A DNA stretch of 64,000 nt, taken from IMG/VR virus record IMGVR_UViG_3300038451_000684; one strand, 5' to 3'. This DNA comes from a virus (taxonomy: Duplodnaviria > Heunggongvirae > Uroviricota > Caudoviricetes). Positions 21,104-30,480 of the stretch are shown one piece after another (positions within the stretch are counted from its first letter, which is position 1; every line of letters starts with the position of its first letter). The translations under genes and the position numbers were made by a program. The notes beneath the pieces were generated by a model, which was not told where the DNA came from, did not search any database, and worked only from the letters and a program-made list of their open reading frames with translations.

Positions 21104-21448
21104 TTAATATTGCGGTTGTTGACTTACAGGGGTTGGCTGCGGCGGACTAACTAATGCCGTCTGCATTTCCTGAATTCCTTGCGCGATCTTTTCGGCGCCT
21201 GAAGCCAGACGCGGGTCGGAAGCGGCCATTTGCTTGACCGTCTGATACCAGCGCGCAAGCAGCATCTGCATGGGGTTCGCAGGTGCCTGAGAGGAAGCTC
21301 CCGGCTGCTGCGGCTGATTTTGATCTGGTGCGCCTTGATCTGGAGGAGTCGGTGGAGCGCCGCCACCTGGAGCTGGCGCGCCCTGACCTTGCTGATCTGG
21401 CATTGGTTGTGAAGCTGTAGCCATTGGATCTCCTGGTGAGGTCCCCAA
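21104..21448 (-). CDS. P/Q/G-rich hypothetical protein (114 aa)
   Basis: Low-complexity ORF. Confidence 0.35.
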   Translation of the reverse strand: MGTSPGDPMATASQPMPDQQGQGAPAPGGGAPPTPPDQGAPDQNQPQQPGASSQAPANPMQMLLARWYQTVKQMAASDPRLASGAEKIAQGIQEMQTALVSPPQPTPVSQQPQY

Positions 21449-21480
21449 CGGCGGCTAAGCTGCCGTTGGGGAACGGCTAA

Positions 21481-21591
21481 CTAAGCCTTGATGCTGCTGC
21501 GTTTCTTTCCGCCCTTGCGACGGCCCTTGCGGCCACCCTTCTTCAGGTGACTTGCCTTCATTGCGCTGACCTTTTTTCCACGCTTCGCCAT
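21481..21591 (-). CDS. small lysine-rich basic protein (36 aa, MAKRGKKVSAMKASHLKKGGRKGRRKGGKKRSSIKA)
   Basis: Internal ATG 21589-21591 with AAGGAG RBS. The longer track ORF would overlap element copy 4. Confidence 0.45.
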   Translation of the reverse strand: MAKRGKKVSAMKASHLKKGGRKGRRKGGKKRSSIKA

Positions 21592-21616
21592 GTGATTTCT
21601 CCTTGGGTGCAAAATA

Positions 21617-21695
21617 GAAATGGCCCAAGAGCCATTTCGGTTCTTGAGCCATTGCTGATTCCCCAAGGAGGGGGGGCATGTCGCTCGGTTGATTC
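21617..21695 (-). promoter_or_regulatory. conserved late-gene 5'UTR hairpin element, copy 4
   Basis: Hairpin AATGGCCCAAGAGCC/GGTTCTTGAGCCATT varies compensatorily relative to copies 1-3. Confidence 0.6.
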
Positions 21696-21738
21696 TTAAT
21701 CATCTGTAGGCCGAATCTTTTTTCGTGTCAAGGCCTAA

Positions 21739-21978
21739 TTACAAAATCTTTTCACCAATCTCCAGCAAAGGACGGATTTCGGCTGCCTGAGCATCAGAAA
21801 TCTTGGTGCGCTGTTCGACATTGACGCCCTGCACAGATCCCTGGTTATACTGAATCACCAGTTTTCCCGTGGTCTTTGTTGCCTTCAGGATTTCGCTCAA
21901 TTGCCCAATATCCGTGGGCAATTCAATGCTCGCTTCGGTCAGATAGAAGTCTCTCTGAATTTTGATTTCCGGCTTCAT
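21739..21978 (-). CDS. hypothetical protein (79 aa)
   Basis: Small ORF between portal gene and element copy 4. Confidence 0.4.
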   Translation of the reverse strand: MKPEIKIQRDFYLTEASIELPTDIGQLSEILKATKTTGKLVIQYNQGSVQGVNVEQRTKISDAQAAEIRPLLEIGEKIL

Positions 21979-21988
21979 GCTTTTCTCC

Positions 21989-24082
21989 TTAACTTTCGGT
22001 CACCGTCGTACGCGGGGTTCCGCCCTGTGCGCCTTTTTGCTTGAGTTTGGGCGCTTTTCCTCCTGACGGTTCTCGACCGCCGCCGCCGCCACCTTTGTCT
22101 CCGCCGCCACCCTTACCGCCCCCTTTGCCTTTTCCTGGTGCTCCCTGCTGGGGTTCAATGCCGAGTTGCTTCATTAACTGCGCAGCCTGAGCTTGCGCCA
22201 GAATTTGCAGCTTCTGTGTCTCCAGCTCCTCGTTGAACCACTTTTCGCGTTCGGTGTTGCCTGCCGCTTCCCCATAATTCTCGACACCCATTTTTTTCAT
22301 GACCGTCGCCCAGGAAATTGGCGCCTGACCGCGCTTCAGTTGCAGATACTTTAGTTGCTCTTGCATCTGCGTAATCTTCAGCAAGGTGCTGGGCACGGAC
22401 ACCAGCCGAATCTGCTTGGCAAACCAGCGCGCCCGTGTAAGTTGGTCATACTGCGAGGGCGATTCCGGGAAATTGCCGCCAACCATTTCATCCGGCAGAT
22501 GGCTGGGAACCAGATCATCGGGATTAAAATCGAAGACTTCGCGCGCAATGTTATCCGGCCCCACGTACTCCATAATCCGGCGCACATTGAACCATTGCAG
22601 AATCAGGAATTTCATGCGGTAGCCAACCGCTTTGTTGCCTTTCTCAATGCGTGCGGCAATGCCCTTGGCGATGGGTCCGATTGATTCCAGCATCTTGTCG
22701 GCCGTGTCGTTGGCAATGTTCATCTTCATGTTTTGAAGATTGCCCAGATCGGTTAGTCCAAGCTGCGATTGCTTGCAGTCCTTCAGATACTTCAGGAAAG
22801 TGAAGTGCGTATTGTCAACACGGACTTCCTCTGGCAGCAAGGATTGCAAAATGTCTTTCGGCTTGCCGTCAACTCCGTAGCGGACATTCTGGTCAAAAAT
22901 GTCAAAATGCTCAATTTTTGGGCCACCCGTCGCCGTGTGGTCGTAGCCGATCGGCGGATTCAACGTAATGGTGATCACGTCGTCGATCTTGCGTTCAATC
23001 TTGCGCGTCGTGGTTTCAATCGAAGCGACATCGCCGACCAGGGAACGGCCAAGCGACTCCCATGCCCAATCATCGACGGTGTATTGGATCACCGGCATTT
23101 TTCCGTCCCAGTCAAAAGCCGGGCCGTCATACATCGGTCGATCAAGCCCGGAAGACGTAATGATGAGTCGTAAATTTGGATAGACGCGGCAATCTTCTAC
23201 GGTTGCTGGCCGCATAAAGGGTTGTCCGTTGCGCATCCCGCCAAAGATATCCTGCCCGACAAACGGCACTTTATAGAACCAACTGGTGCCAAGATCGCCC
23301 ATGGGCATCTCATACCCTTTGCCGTTAATTGGCGCGTTGATTCGCAAATCGCGGACAAACGTGTAGCGAATCTCCGTGTAGAGGTTGCCAAAGCTCCGTC
23401 CTTGTTCCCCGTAACGAAAGCGTTCCGCGTAATCCATCCGGCGCGCTTGAACCTGTGTTTTGTAACTCCGCGGTCCCACCGTTTGTAATTGGCCCTGGAA
23501 GAGCGGAAAACGCCCATGCGCTTCCGCAATCGGCATGTAGTCGTAAATGGTGACGGCATAAGCATCCTGCACGTCATTGCTTCTGGGAATCTGTACCGGA
23601 ACCACGTCCAGAAGTCCCAACGCATCGAAAACCAGCTTGCGCTCGCCATAGCCATATTCATCCGCTCGTACTTTTGGCCATAGATAGCCGATGCCCGTGA
23701 CGCTGGCATATTGCAAAACCTTTAGAATTTGATATGGGAAATCGGATTCCAGATAAACGGCCTTGGAAACGCGGGTCAGCATCTCCGCCATCTGCTTGAA
23801 GGCTGGGATGTCCGATCCATAACCGGCGATTTCCCTTACTTCGGACAGTGTTTCGCAAAACTTCCGAATATCGTATTTCAGATCATTGGTGACCAGAATC
23901 GAGCGCGATTTGTCCCTGAAGATGGCATCGAAGATGCGCATGTTCGTGCCCAGGTTTTTGTAGCACGACTGACCTTCCAGGAAGCCTTCACCTTCCTGGA
24001 TCTGCTCCTCGACCCAGCCGACACGGGAACTCGGGGAAGATTCAAACTTCGGTACTTGCCAATTTACAGTTTGCAGTTCCAC
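21989..24082 (-). CDS. putative portal protein (697 aa)
   Basis: Size and location immediately downstream of the large terminase gene cluster. GGK-rich C-terminal tail. Confidence 0.5.
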   Translation of the reverse strand: MELQTVNWQVPKFESSPSSRVGWVEEQIQEGEGFLEGQSCYKNLGTNMRIFDAIFRDKSRSILVTNDLKYDIRKFCETLSEVREIAGYGSDIPAFKQMAEMLTRVSKAVYLESDFPYQILKVLQYASVTGIGYLWPKVRADEYGYGERKLVFDALGLLDVVPVQIPRSNDVQDAYAVTIYDYMPIAEAHGRFPLFQGQLQTVGPRSYKTQVQARRMDYAERFRYGEQGRSFGNLYTEIRYTFVRDLRINAPINGKGYEMPMGDLGTSWFYKVPFVGQDIFGGMRNGQPFMRPATVEDCRVYPNLRLIITSSGLDRPMYDGPAFDWDGKMPVIQYTVDDWAWESLGRSLVGDVASIETTTRKIERKIDDVITITLNPPIGYDHTATGGPKIEHFDIFDQNVRYGVDGKPKDILQSLLPEEVRVDNTHFTFLKYLKDCKQSQLGLTDLGNLQNMKMNIANDTADKMLESIGPIAKGIAARIEKGNKAVGYRMKFLILQWFNVRRIMEYVGPDNIAREVFDFNPDDLVPSHLPDEMVGGNFPESPSQYDQLTRARWFAKQIRLVSVPSTLLKITQMQEQLKYLQLKRGQAPISWATVMKKMGVENYGEAAGNTEREKWFNEELETQKLQILAQAQAAQLMKQLGIEPQQGAPGKGKGGGKGGGGDKGGGGGGREPSGGKAPKLKQKGAQGGTPRTTVTES

Positions 24083-24189
24083 ACATCGCCCGTTTCCTCC
24101 TCGGTGAGTTCCTGAGCCATGAGCGCATAGTAGGCATATTTTGTCTACACGTCTACGCTAATTTCAACATTGCGCATAACTTACGCATC

Positions 24190-24579
24190 TCAGCGTCCTT
24201 TTTCGTAGGCCTCCGCGTGCAGATAGCTTTCCGTATGCATCTGCGTTCTGTCAGCGCGCTTGTCATAGAGTTCCAGGTGCCGACGCAGGAATTCGCGGTT
24301 TACGTTGTTTCGTGCATTGGTCATCAGGTGGTAAATGTGATCGCGCTGCTGCCGCCGGATTCTTCCCTCGACCTCTTCCCGTTCCGCATCTTCCATCTGC
24401 TGCTTGTGGGCTTCCTGCTGCCGCATCTTTTCGGACCACAACTCGGCTTCGTGCGCCGAGTTACAGACAATCTTTTCGTGAAAATCCGGTGCGGGATACT
24501 CTTCCGGCAAACCCATCTTGATCTGGCCATTCAGTGTGTCCAGCCAAAAAACAATCTTTGTTGTCAGTTGCGCGTTCAT
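24190..24579 (-). CDS. hypothetical protein (129 aa)
   Basis: Good frame with charged residues. Confidence 0.45.
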   Translation of the reverse strand: MNAQLTTKIVFWLDTLNGQIKMGLPEEYPAPDFHEKIVCNSAHEAELWSEKMRQQEAHKQQMEDAEREEVEGRIRRQQRDHIYHLMTNARNNVNREFLRRHLELYDKRADRTQMHTESYLHAEAYEKGR

Positions 24580-25199
24580 TTGCTCTCCAGCATTTCCCTG
24601 TTCTCGGAAATAAGCCTGTCCGTATCAGCCCAAACGTCATTGAACTCTCGGAAGTTTTGGCGCGTAACGTTTTTGAGCCGGGCCAACTCTGACGGAGTAA
24701 GCTGGAGTGCAGCACCCGTGAGCGGATCTTTTGCATAACCACCATTTTCCAGAGCCCGTAAAGCTAACGGAGCACTCATCGCCATGACAAACGTCTTGCT
24801 CCATTTCAATTTTTGCGTGGCCTTCTTTGTTTGCGCGTGCAGCTCGGTTGCCGTCATCATCACCGGATGAAGCCGCTTGCCGGCAGCGATCTCATTGAAC
24901 TGTTTCTCAACAAAGTCACGCTGCTCCGTGTAATACTTTCGTGCCTTTCTGTACTTTGGATGCTGAGTAACAAAATGCAGCCAATTGAATTTGCTCGATT
25001 CCCCGAGATTGTGAAGATCGCGCCTTCCCCAATAGAAGATCGGTCCCCAACCACGGAGCAGAATTACCAGACCAAACTCGTCGCTTCTGCCATAGAGCAT
25101 GGCTCCCCAATCAAATAAAATCGTGAACCAGCGCGTTGCCCACGTGACACTGCGCGAGCATTGCTCTGGTTTTCTTTCGTCGCTAAAGCTGATTTTCAT
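24576..25199 (-). CDS. hypothetical protein, paralogue of 25222..25620 (207 aa)
   Basis: Shared motif GKRLHPVMMTATELH / GERLHPVMMTARERH. Confidence 0.5.
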   Translation of the reverse strand: MKISFSDERKPEQCSRSVTWATRWFTILFDWGAMLYGRSDEFGLVILLRGWGPIFYWGRRDLHNLGESSKFNWLHFVTQHPKYRKARKYYTEQRDFVEKQFNEIAAGKRLHPVMMTATELHAQTKKATQKLKWSKTFVMAMSAPLALRALENGGYAKDPLTGAALQLTPSELARLKNVTRQNFREFNDVWADTDRLISENREMLESK

Positions 25200-25221
25200 T
25201 TGTTTTATCTCCGTTTACTTC

Positions 25222-25620
25222 TTACCGGATGATCTGGCGAAGTTCTGCTTCAGTGAATTCAGACGAATATTCGATGGCGCAACCATTCGCATGTGCAAGA
25301 TGACTGCCGAGAATGGCCTCAAATCCCGCCATGACGCCATGCGAATCGCAGAAACCTTTGCTCCAATCAAGTCCTTTGATCACGCGAGCGGATTCCATGT
25401 GCCGTTCTCTGGCAGTCATCATGACCGGATGCAGACGCTCTCCTTGACGAATTGCTTCCATTTGTTCTTCAAACCAATTTTGATCGCGAGATTGAGAAAC
25501 AGTTTCATCCCTTGATTCTGTTTGTGTCGCCTCTTTGCCAAACAACACCGTGAATTGCAGCCACGGAGTTCGTAACGTCAAACCCCGCTTTTTTTCTTTC
25601 TGCAAGCCAAAACATTTCAT
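25222..25620 (-). CDS. hypothetical protein, paralogue of 24576..25199 (132 aa)
   Basis: Shared RLHPVMMTA motif. Confidence 0.5.
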   Translation of the reverse strand: MKCFGLQKEKKRGLTLRTPWLQFTVLFGKEATQTESRDETVSQSRDQNWFEEQMEAIRQGERLHPVMMTARERHMESARVIKGLDWSKGFCDSHGVMAGFEAILGSHLAHANGCAIEYSSEFTEAELRQIIR

Positions 25621-25632
25621 TGTCTTCCCCCC

Positions 25633-27792
25633 TTACCAATCCAGTCGACCAACCGAGACCATATTCACCGAGCACACAGACTTATTCAGCGGTGGTGTTC
25701 GATCCGCCGGCAACGTGTAACGCTTTTGCGCTTGAGAACGATCAGCCAAGATATCGAAGTCGTGCGCGGTAAAGTAAGATTGCGCCGCCGCACGCACGCG
25801 GTCATCATGCTGGCCGCTGCGGTGCTCCAGCTTGGAAACACGGCCTGCGGCTTCATGCCGTTCCAGCGTCTTCAGCTCTTCGATCAGCCATTTGGATGCC
25901 GGCCGATACCAGCCGCCGTTCACAGCTTCCGTAAAGCGCGTCATCAGCATCGGCACGCTCCACACATTGGAGTACCAACCCTGCTTTTTGGTGGAGTTGT
26001 CCTTGATCTTCTTACTGTCGTAGCGCCGTGGAATGTGATGCCAATGGAAGCCCATCAGCTTGAGCTGGTGCTGGCATGTATCGCCCGGCCTCCCGATCTG
26101 CTCTACGCAGAACTTCACGCCGCGCGCATCGCGCGCATTTTCTCCATACCAGGCGGCCATACAAGCTGCGAAGCCCACAATCTGCGCGGAATTGATGCGG
26201 TTCGATGTCAGCTCGGCCACTTGGTAGTCAAACTCATCGCCAAACCTGTTTCGTGTCATCGACACGACGGTCCGGTCTTCATCCTCGCCGCCCAAGCCAT
26301 CGGCCGTATCGATTCCGCAACTATAGCTGGTGCCGGGCGTGGGCGCTTCATAGACCAGCAGTTTGTCGAACGAATCAGGTTCCTTGTCTTCGTCAATTGG
26401 CAAAAGAGGAACCAGAACCCAGTCGTATTGCTGGCCCCGATCAGACTCCCAACTTACGCGAATACGTGGTTTCTCGTCGTCGACGAATGCTTCGTTGGGT
26501 TCAAAGCCATCGTCAATCGAGTCACCCGTAATGGCATACACCTGTACTTCTTTCTTTCTTTCCCGCGTGTCTCCATGCAGTTCATAAACGTTGTTTTCAA
26601 TTTCCTGCATGGTTTCCGCGTCGAAGACGCTGTCATGCAAGCCGGTCAACGCTTCAAAGTCATCGGCGGCCATCTGCGCCAGCCAGATTTTCTGTGTATG
26701 GTTCTTGCAGGCTTGCAGATAGTTGAACTCCCAGAACCACTGCTGCTCGACAGGCATTGTCCAACGCGTGCCAACCACCTTGGACAGATATGGAGTGTTG
26801 CGGATGTAGAGTTCGCAGCGCAAAACATGCTTGCGCGTAATCTCCTGCCGTTTGCTCATAAAGTCTTCAGGAACGGGGAATTTCCGTATCCAATCGGCTT
26901 CTGGATAAAGATCGGTCGCCATCGGCCAGGGAATGAAGATAGGGCACAACCGGGAAAGGCCCTTCGGCCAATCTTCCTTGGCGCTGCGCCAAGTGTTTGC
27001 CAGCCAGCCAGTATTGCCGCCACCAGTCCCTTCAAAAACCAGAAACAGGTTTTTTGAAGAGTGCGTAGCGCGCAACAGACCTTCTTCAATCACCTTTTCC
27101 GGCTTGGGAATATCGGCAATTTCCGACACATGGATACAGGTCGGAGTCCACCCCTGAGCAATGCCGGTGGCCTGCATGCCAGACTGGATGGAAAGCACGG
27201 AACCGTTCTCAAAAGCCCCCTTCGGCATTCTGCGCGGCACCAGCCACCACGGGCAGCGGTTGTAGGCAATGTCAAGAATGCGCCCGATCAGTTCGGACTT
27301 ATCCGACTGCACGGACGCCATCACAGCCTGCGTATGGGGAATGAACAAGAGGCGGTGAAGGAACTTCAACGCGGTCTTGGTCGTGATGCCAACCTGCCGG
27401 GCCTTGATCACCAGGATTTCAATTGCCACTTGCAGTTCGTCGAAGCCGGCAATCACAGAATCGAAGATTTCCTGCGATCTACGATTTTGGAACTTGAAGA
27501 TTTCGCCTTTTTCGTTGCAGACATAGGCGTAGCGGCTCTCGAAGTAGCCGGCATCGAGGCCGCACATCGCCTGTTCATTCTCGATCCAGCGCCAAATTTC
27601 CTGACGGCGTTTTTGGGTAATCGGCCGCATCAGGGTGACATAGGAACTGCGAGAGTTTGATTCAATTTTGGTTAGCGAGTCGACGTAATGCTTGAATTCT
27701 TCTATTTGATCGAACGTATGAGGAGCGGGCATCCACCCCTCACGCGCGGCAAATTCGTCCAGGTTCCGAAGAATGATCTTCTCGGAATACAT
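25633..27792 (-). CDS. terL: terminase large subunit (719 aa)
   Basis: Size, position upstream of portal, and an ATPase-like segment VIKARQVGITTKTA. The antisense 443-aa + ORF is rejected. Confidence 0.6.
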   Translation of the reverse strand: MYSEKIILRNLDEFAAREGWMPAPHTFDQIEEFKHYVDSLTKIESNSRSSYVTLMRPITQKRRQEIWRWIENEQAMCGLDAGYFESRYAYVCNEKGEIFKFQNRRSQEIFDSVIAGFDELQVAIEILVIKARQVGITTKTALKFLHRLLFIPHTQAVMASVQSDKSELIGRILDIAYNRCPWWLVPRRMPKGAFENGSVLSIQSGMQATGIAQGWTPTCIHVSEIADIPKPEKVIEEGLLRATHSSKNLFLVFEGTGGGNTGWLANTWRSAKEDWPKGLSRLCPIFIPWPMATDLYPEADWIRKFPVPEDFMSKRQEITRKHVLRCELYIRNTPYLSKVVGTRWTMPVEQQWFWEFNYLQACKNHTQKIWLAQMAADDFEALTGLHDSVFDAETMQEIENNVYELHGDTRERKKEVQVYAITGDSIDDGFEPNEAFVDDEKPRIRVSWESDRGQQYDWVLVPLLPIDEDKEPDSFDKLLVYEAPTPGTSYSCGIDTADGLGGEDEDRTVVSMTRNRFGDEFDYQVAELTSNRINSAQIVGFAACMAAWYGENARDARGVKFCVEQIGRPGDTCQHQLKLMGFHWHHIPRRYDSKKIKDNSTKKQGWYSNVWSVPMLMTRFTEAVNGGWYRPASKWLIEELKTLERHEAAGRVSKLEHRSGQHDDRVRAAAQSYFTAHDFDILADRSQAQKRYTLPADRTPPLNKSVCSVNMVSVGRLDW

Positions 27793-27841
27793 TGATCTCC
27801 AACATTCCGCAGTCCCAAGACGAATTTATATCGCTGAAGGA

Positions 27842-27959
27842 TTATCCCTTGACGGCGAGTGTCTTGCTGGCCCGCTTGCCGAGATGCTTCACACGCGCGG
27901 TCTGCTTTTTCAGGTGGTTGAGCTTTGGTGTGTAGATCTGCTTGCCCTTACGCTTTGTC
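27842..27959 (-). CDS. small basic protein (39 aa, MTKRKGKQIYTPKLNHLKKQTARVKHLGKRASKTLAVKG)
   Basis: Internal ATG 27957-27959 with GGAGG RBS. Element copy 5 lies immediately upstream. Confidence 0.4.
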
Positions 27960-27991
27960 ATGATGTTCCTCCTTGGAAGTGGCTTAGAACA

Positions 27992-28066
27992 GAAATGGCC
28001 CAAGGCCATTTCCGGTCTTGAGCCATTGCTTGTTCCCTGGAGGGGGGGCATGTGTCTCGGTGATTG
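27992..28066 (-). promoter_or_regulatory. conserved late-gene 5'UTR hairpin element, copy 5
   Basis: Same consensus. Hairpin AATGGCCCAAGGCC/GGTCTTGAGCCATT. Confidence 0.6.
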
Positions 28067-28114
28067 TTTTAGATGTATGCCGGATTGATTTTCTTGTCAA
28101 GACCTATTCCCGGC

Positions 28115-28588
28115 TTATGCCAGCCTGACATCATGTGCGCGTGTCAGCATATCGATTGCTCGATCGGCATCCTTTTCCGTCAGTCCCACGTCAAATGGCG
28201 TTTGGATCAGGTAGGGCTCCAGCTCTTCCATGTCACGATCATCGTCCAAAATCACAAAGGATTCGACATTCGTTTTGCCATGCAGATATTCGGCAATCTC
28301 TTCTCCACGTGAAGCGGCTCTCCATAAACTGTCTATCTTGCGGAAGAGAATCGGCGTCATGCCGATTACTTTGCCTGTTACGCCCCAGGATTTCAAAAGC
28401 TCGTGCATCCTGTGCAGACCGTCCGAGCGCCAATTACTGCTGACAACGATCACGGCGCCGGTTGTGTCCGTGATGCGGTTGAGCGCCTCCACGGAATCTG
28501 GCCATGCCTTGCTTTCGATTGCGCGTTCAGGCATATGGCTCTGCGCAGGAATGATGGGTCCGTCGAAATCGAGAAAAACTATCTTCAT
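28115..28588 (-). CDS. HAD-superfamily phosphatase-like protein (157 aa)
   Basis: N-terminal MKIVFLDFDGPI matches the HAD motif I (DxDG). An acidic DDD motif lies near the C-terminus. Confidence 0.5.
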   Translation of the reverse strand: MKIVFLDFDGPIIPAQSHMPERAIESKAWPDSVEALNRITDTTGAVIVVSSNWRSDGLHRMHELLKSWGVTGKVIGMTPILFRKIDSLWRAASRGEEIAEYLHGKTNVESFVILDDDRDMEELEPYLIQTPFDVGLTEKDADRAIDMLTRAHDVRLA

Positions 28589-29430
28589 GACGTCTCCAAT
28601 AGCCGCTGCCGGATTGGCACCAGCTTTTCCTGCATGTCACTTGGCGCTGGAAAGAGTTCGTCAATATCATCGTCGCCATCAAAAACAGTTGCATCGGCTG
28701 GTCCTTCCGTTTCCTTGCTGCTTCCCGGCCCAAAAACTGCTTTGCCGATAAATGTTGGCCCCTTCGGAGACGGCAAGAAGCCAAGCGCCTGGTGCATTGT
28801 GTTTCGGTCTTTAATCCCGCCAGGCATTTTGGCAAATTCAATTGTTTTCTGCATAATGAGTGGATGAGCGCTCAACGCAATCACCTTGACGGTATTCACG
28901 GAGGCTGCTTGCATGGCAAACAAAATTGCTCCGGTCAGGCGCTGAAGATCGATTTTGGCGGAAAGCGCAATGGCCTCCCATGGCACATGTCCGCGATCAC
29001 CAGCCGGAATCGCATCGTATTTCTTCAGAAACGCCGCGATGGTTTCATCTGCTGCGGAAAAGCGCATTGCGTTCAAAACGGTTCTCAAACCGCCTTCGGC
29101 CTTTCTAAACATGGGAGTGATTCGCGGACTGTTCTCAAGCTGTTCCGGTTTGATTTTCAGGCGCCGCAGTGCTTCCTTCATCCGATTCACCTTCACTGGC
29201 AGCTTGGGCACTGGCAGCGGCTTGGGCGTCAAGGAAGGCTCTTTCGCGCTCGCCGACAAGCTCCGGCTCGCCGAGGTCGGAGTACCAGTCTTCGATGGGG
29301 ATGGGTTGGTCGCTGGCTCCTTGTCCTTCGCGGATGCGATCTTCTTCGGTGGGGACGCGAGAGTAAACAGCTTCCCTGACTTCTTTTCGCTCTGGCCATT
29401 GCTTGCCGAATTGTTTTTCTTCTGTGTCAT
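28585..29430 (-). CDS. hypothetical protein (start uncertain; possibly internal ATG ~29181)
   Basis: K/S/P-rich N-terminal 83 aa may be 5' leader. Overlaps 29135..29500 in another frame. Confidence 0.4.
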   Translation of the reverse strand: MTQKKNNSASNGQSEKKSGKLFTLASPPKKIASAKDKEPATNPSPSKTGTPTSASRSLSASAKEPSLTPKPLPVPKLPVKVNRMKEALRRLKIKPEQLENSPRITPMFRKAEGGLRTVLNAMRFSAADETIAAFLKKYDAIPAGDRGHVPWEAIALSAKIDLQRLTGAILFAMQAASVNTVKVIALSAHPLIMQKTIEFAKMPGGIKDRNTMHQALGFLPSPKGPTFIGKAVFGPGSSKETEGPADATVFDGDDDIDELFPAPSDMQEKLVPIRQRLLETS

Positions 29431-29500
29431 GGATGCCTGTTAAAGCTGTTGCAATCTGTTCAAACGCGGCGACTAGCCGCTCTTCCTGTTCTTCAGTCAT
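29135..29500 (-). CDS. acidic hypothetical protein (121 aa)
   Basis: ORF that strongly overlaps 28585..29430. Only one of the two long overlaps is likely real. Confidence 0.3.
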   Translation of the reverse strand: MTEEQEERLVAAFEQIATALTGIHDTEEKQFGKQWPERKEVREAVYSRVPTEEDRIREGQGASDQPIPIEDWYSDLGEPELVGERERAFLDAQAAASAQAASEGESDEGSTAAPENQTGTA

Positions 29501-29775
29501 GGTTCCGGTTCCTCCACCCAGCCTTTTTCCCCTTTGAACATGACAACCCGTTGTTTCCGTTCTTCAGGAGTGAGGCTGGCTATTTCCGGCATAGCGGGAT
29601 CATTCAAAAAACCATCCAATATCTTGCGCAGATCCTTTCGCGTTCGAGCAGTACATGGTTCGTTCCATACAGCAAACTTTTGGCCGTCACTTCTGATGGC
29701 AAGAAGTACACCGCGGAATATCTTCTCGTAGACAATCTCGCCCATGCGAGTTCGCAGCCACCGATATTTGCTCAT
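29497..29775 (-). CDS. hypothetical protein (92 aa)
   Basis: 4-nt overlap coupling with neighbours. Confidence 0.4.
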   Translation of the reverse strand: MSKYRWLRTRMGEIVYEKIFRGVLLAIRSDGQKFAVWNEPCTARTRKDLRKILDGFLNDPAMPEIASLTPEERKQRVVMFKGEKGWVEEPEP

Positions 29776-30137
29776 TGGACCTCCTCCTGGTGGGCATCAC
29801 CGTAAGTTGGAAAGATAGTGCCGCTATACGCCGGCTCCTCTTCTGGGGTCAATGGCCGAAAAGCATTTTGGTTGATCGGCTCACCTTCCAGGCCGGGCGT
29901 ATCGAAGGGCAGCACGTCCATCAAGCGCTGTGCCAACTGGTAGGGCGTTTCGAGTGTCGGGTTGGCGCAATTCTTGTGCTCTACCTGATCCACCAGGAAT
30001 GGGCCCACCCTGACATGCCGGTACTTGTGCGTGCGCAGAATGCGCCTGTGGCATAGTCGGCAAGTGCGGTGGTGAACCGTCTCCAAGCTGAAGAACGCGA
30101 TCAAGCGTTCAAACCATGAAAGCCTTCTCTCTCTCAT
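29772..30137 (-). CDS. hypothetical protein (121 aa)
   Basis: ORF. The start may be internal. Confidence 0.35.
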   Translation of the reverse strand: MRERRLSWFERLIAFFSLETVHHRTCRLCHRRILRTHKYRHVRVGPFLVDQVEHKNCANPTLETPYQLAQRLMDVLPFDTPGLEGEPINQNAFRPLTPEEEPAYSGTIFPTYGDAHQEEVQ

Positions 30138-30145
30138 TGCGCACC

Positions 30146-30462
30146 TTACTTCTTTGCTGGCAATGCCGGCTTTGGCGTTGTAGCTTTTGGCAACGCAGGT
30201 TTTACCTGATCGGCTTCCACGGCAAAGGTCTGCGAATTTACATGGTAACCAGGATGCGCCGCATGAAACTCAACCAGAATGGTTTGCTCTTGTTGCATGA
30301 TTTCCTGCCACCGCTTTTGCAAATCCTGCTTTGCGCTTTCGCAGCTCTGCAGGGCAATGCGCTCTGTGGTTGTCAACTGAATTGGGGCGGCAGAAGGTTT
30401 CGGCGCCTCCTGTGCAAACGCTGGCATGGATGCCAGCAGAAAAAATGCCAACCAATGTTTCA
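30146..30462 (-). CDS. small secreted protein with Sec signal peptide (105 aa)
   Basis: MKHWLAFFLLASMPAFAQ signal at internal ATG ~30462. Confidence 0.45.
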
Positions 30463-30480
30463 TCGTCTTCTCCTGTTCGT

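Noticed and set aside
25726-27057. 443-aa + strand ORF antisense to the large terminase
   Set aside because: It fully overlaps terL, which has the expected size, ATPase-like motif and operon position. It is treated as a GC-driven artefact.
4921-28070. Short + strand ORFs starting at the GGAGGGGGGCATG inside each 5'UTR element copy
   Set aside because: The element looks like RBS plus ATG on the + strand, but the downstream peptides differ completely between the five copies and most stop within 5-30 codons. The conservation is in nucleotides, not protein.
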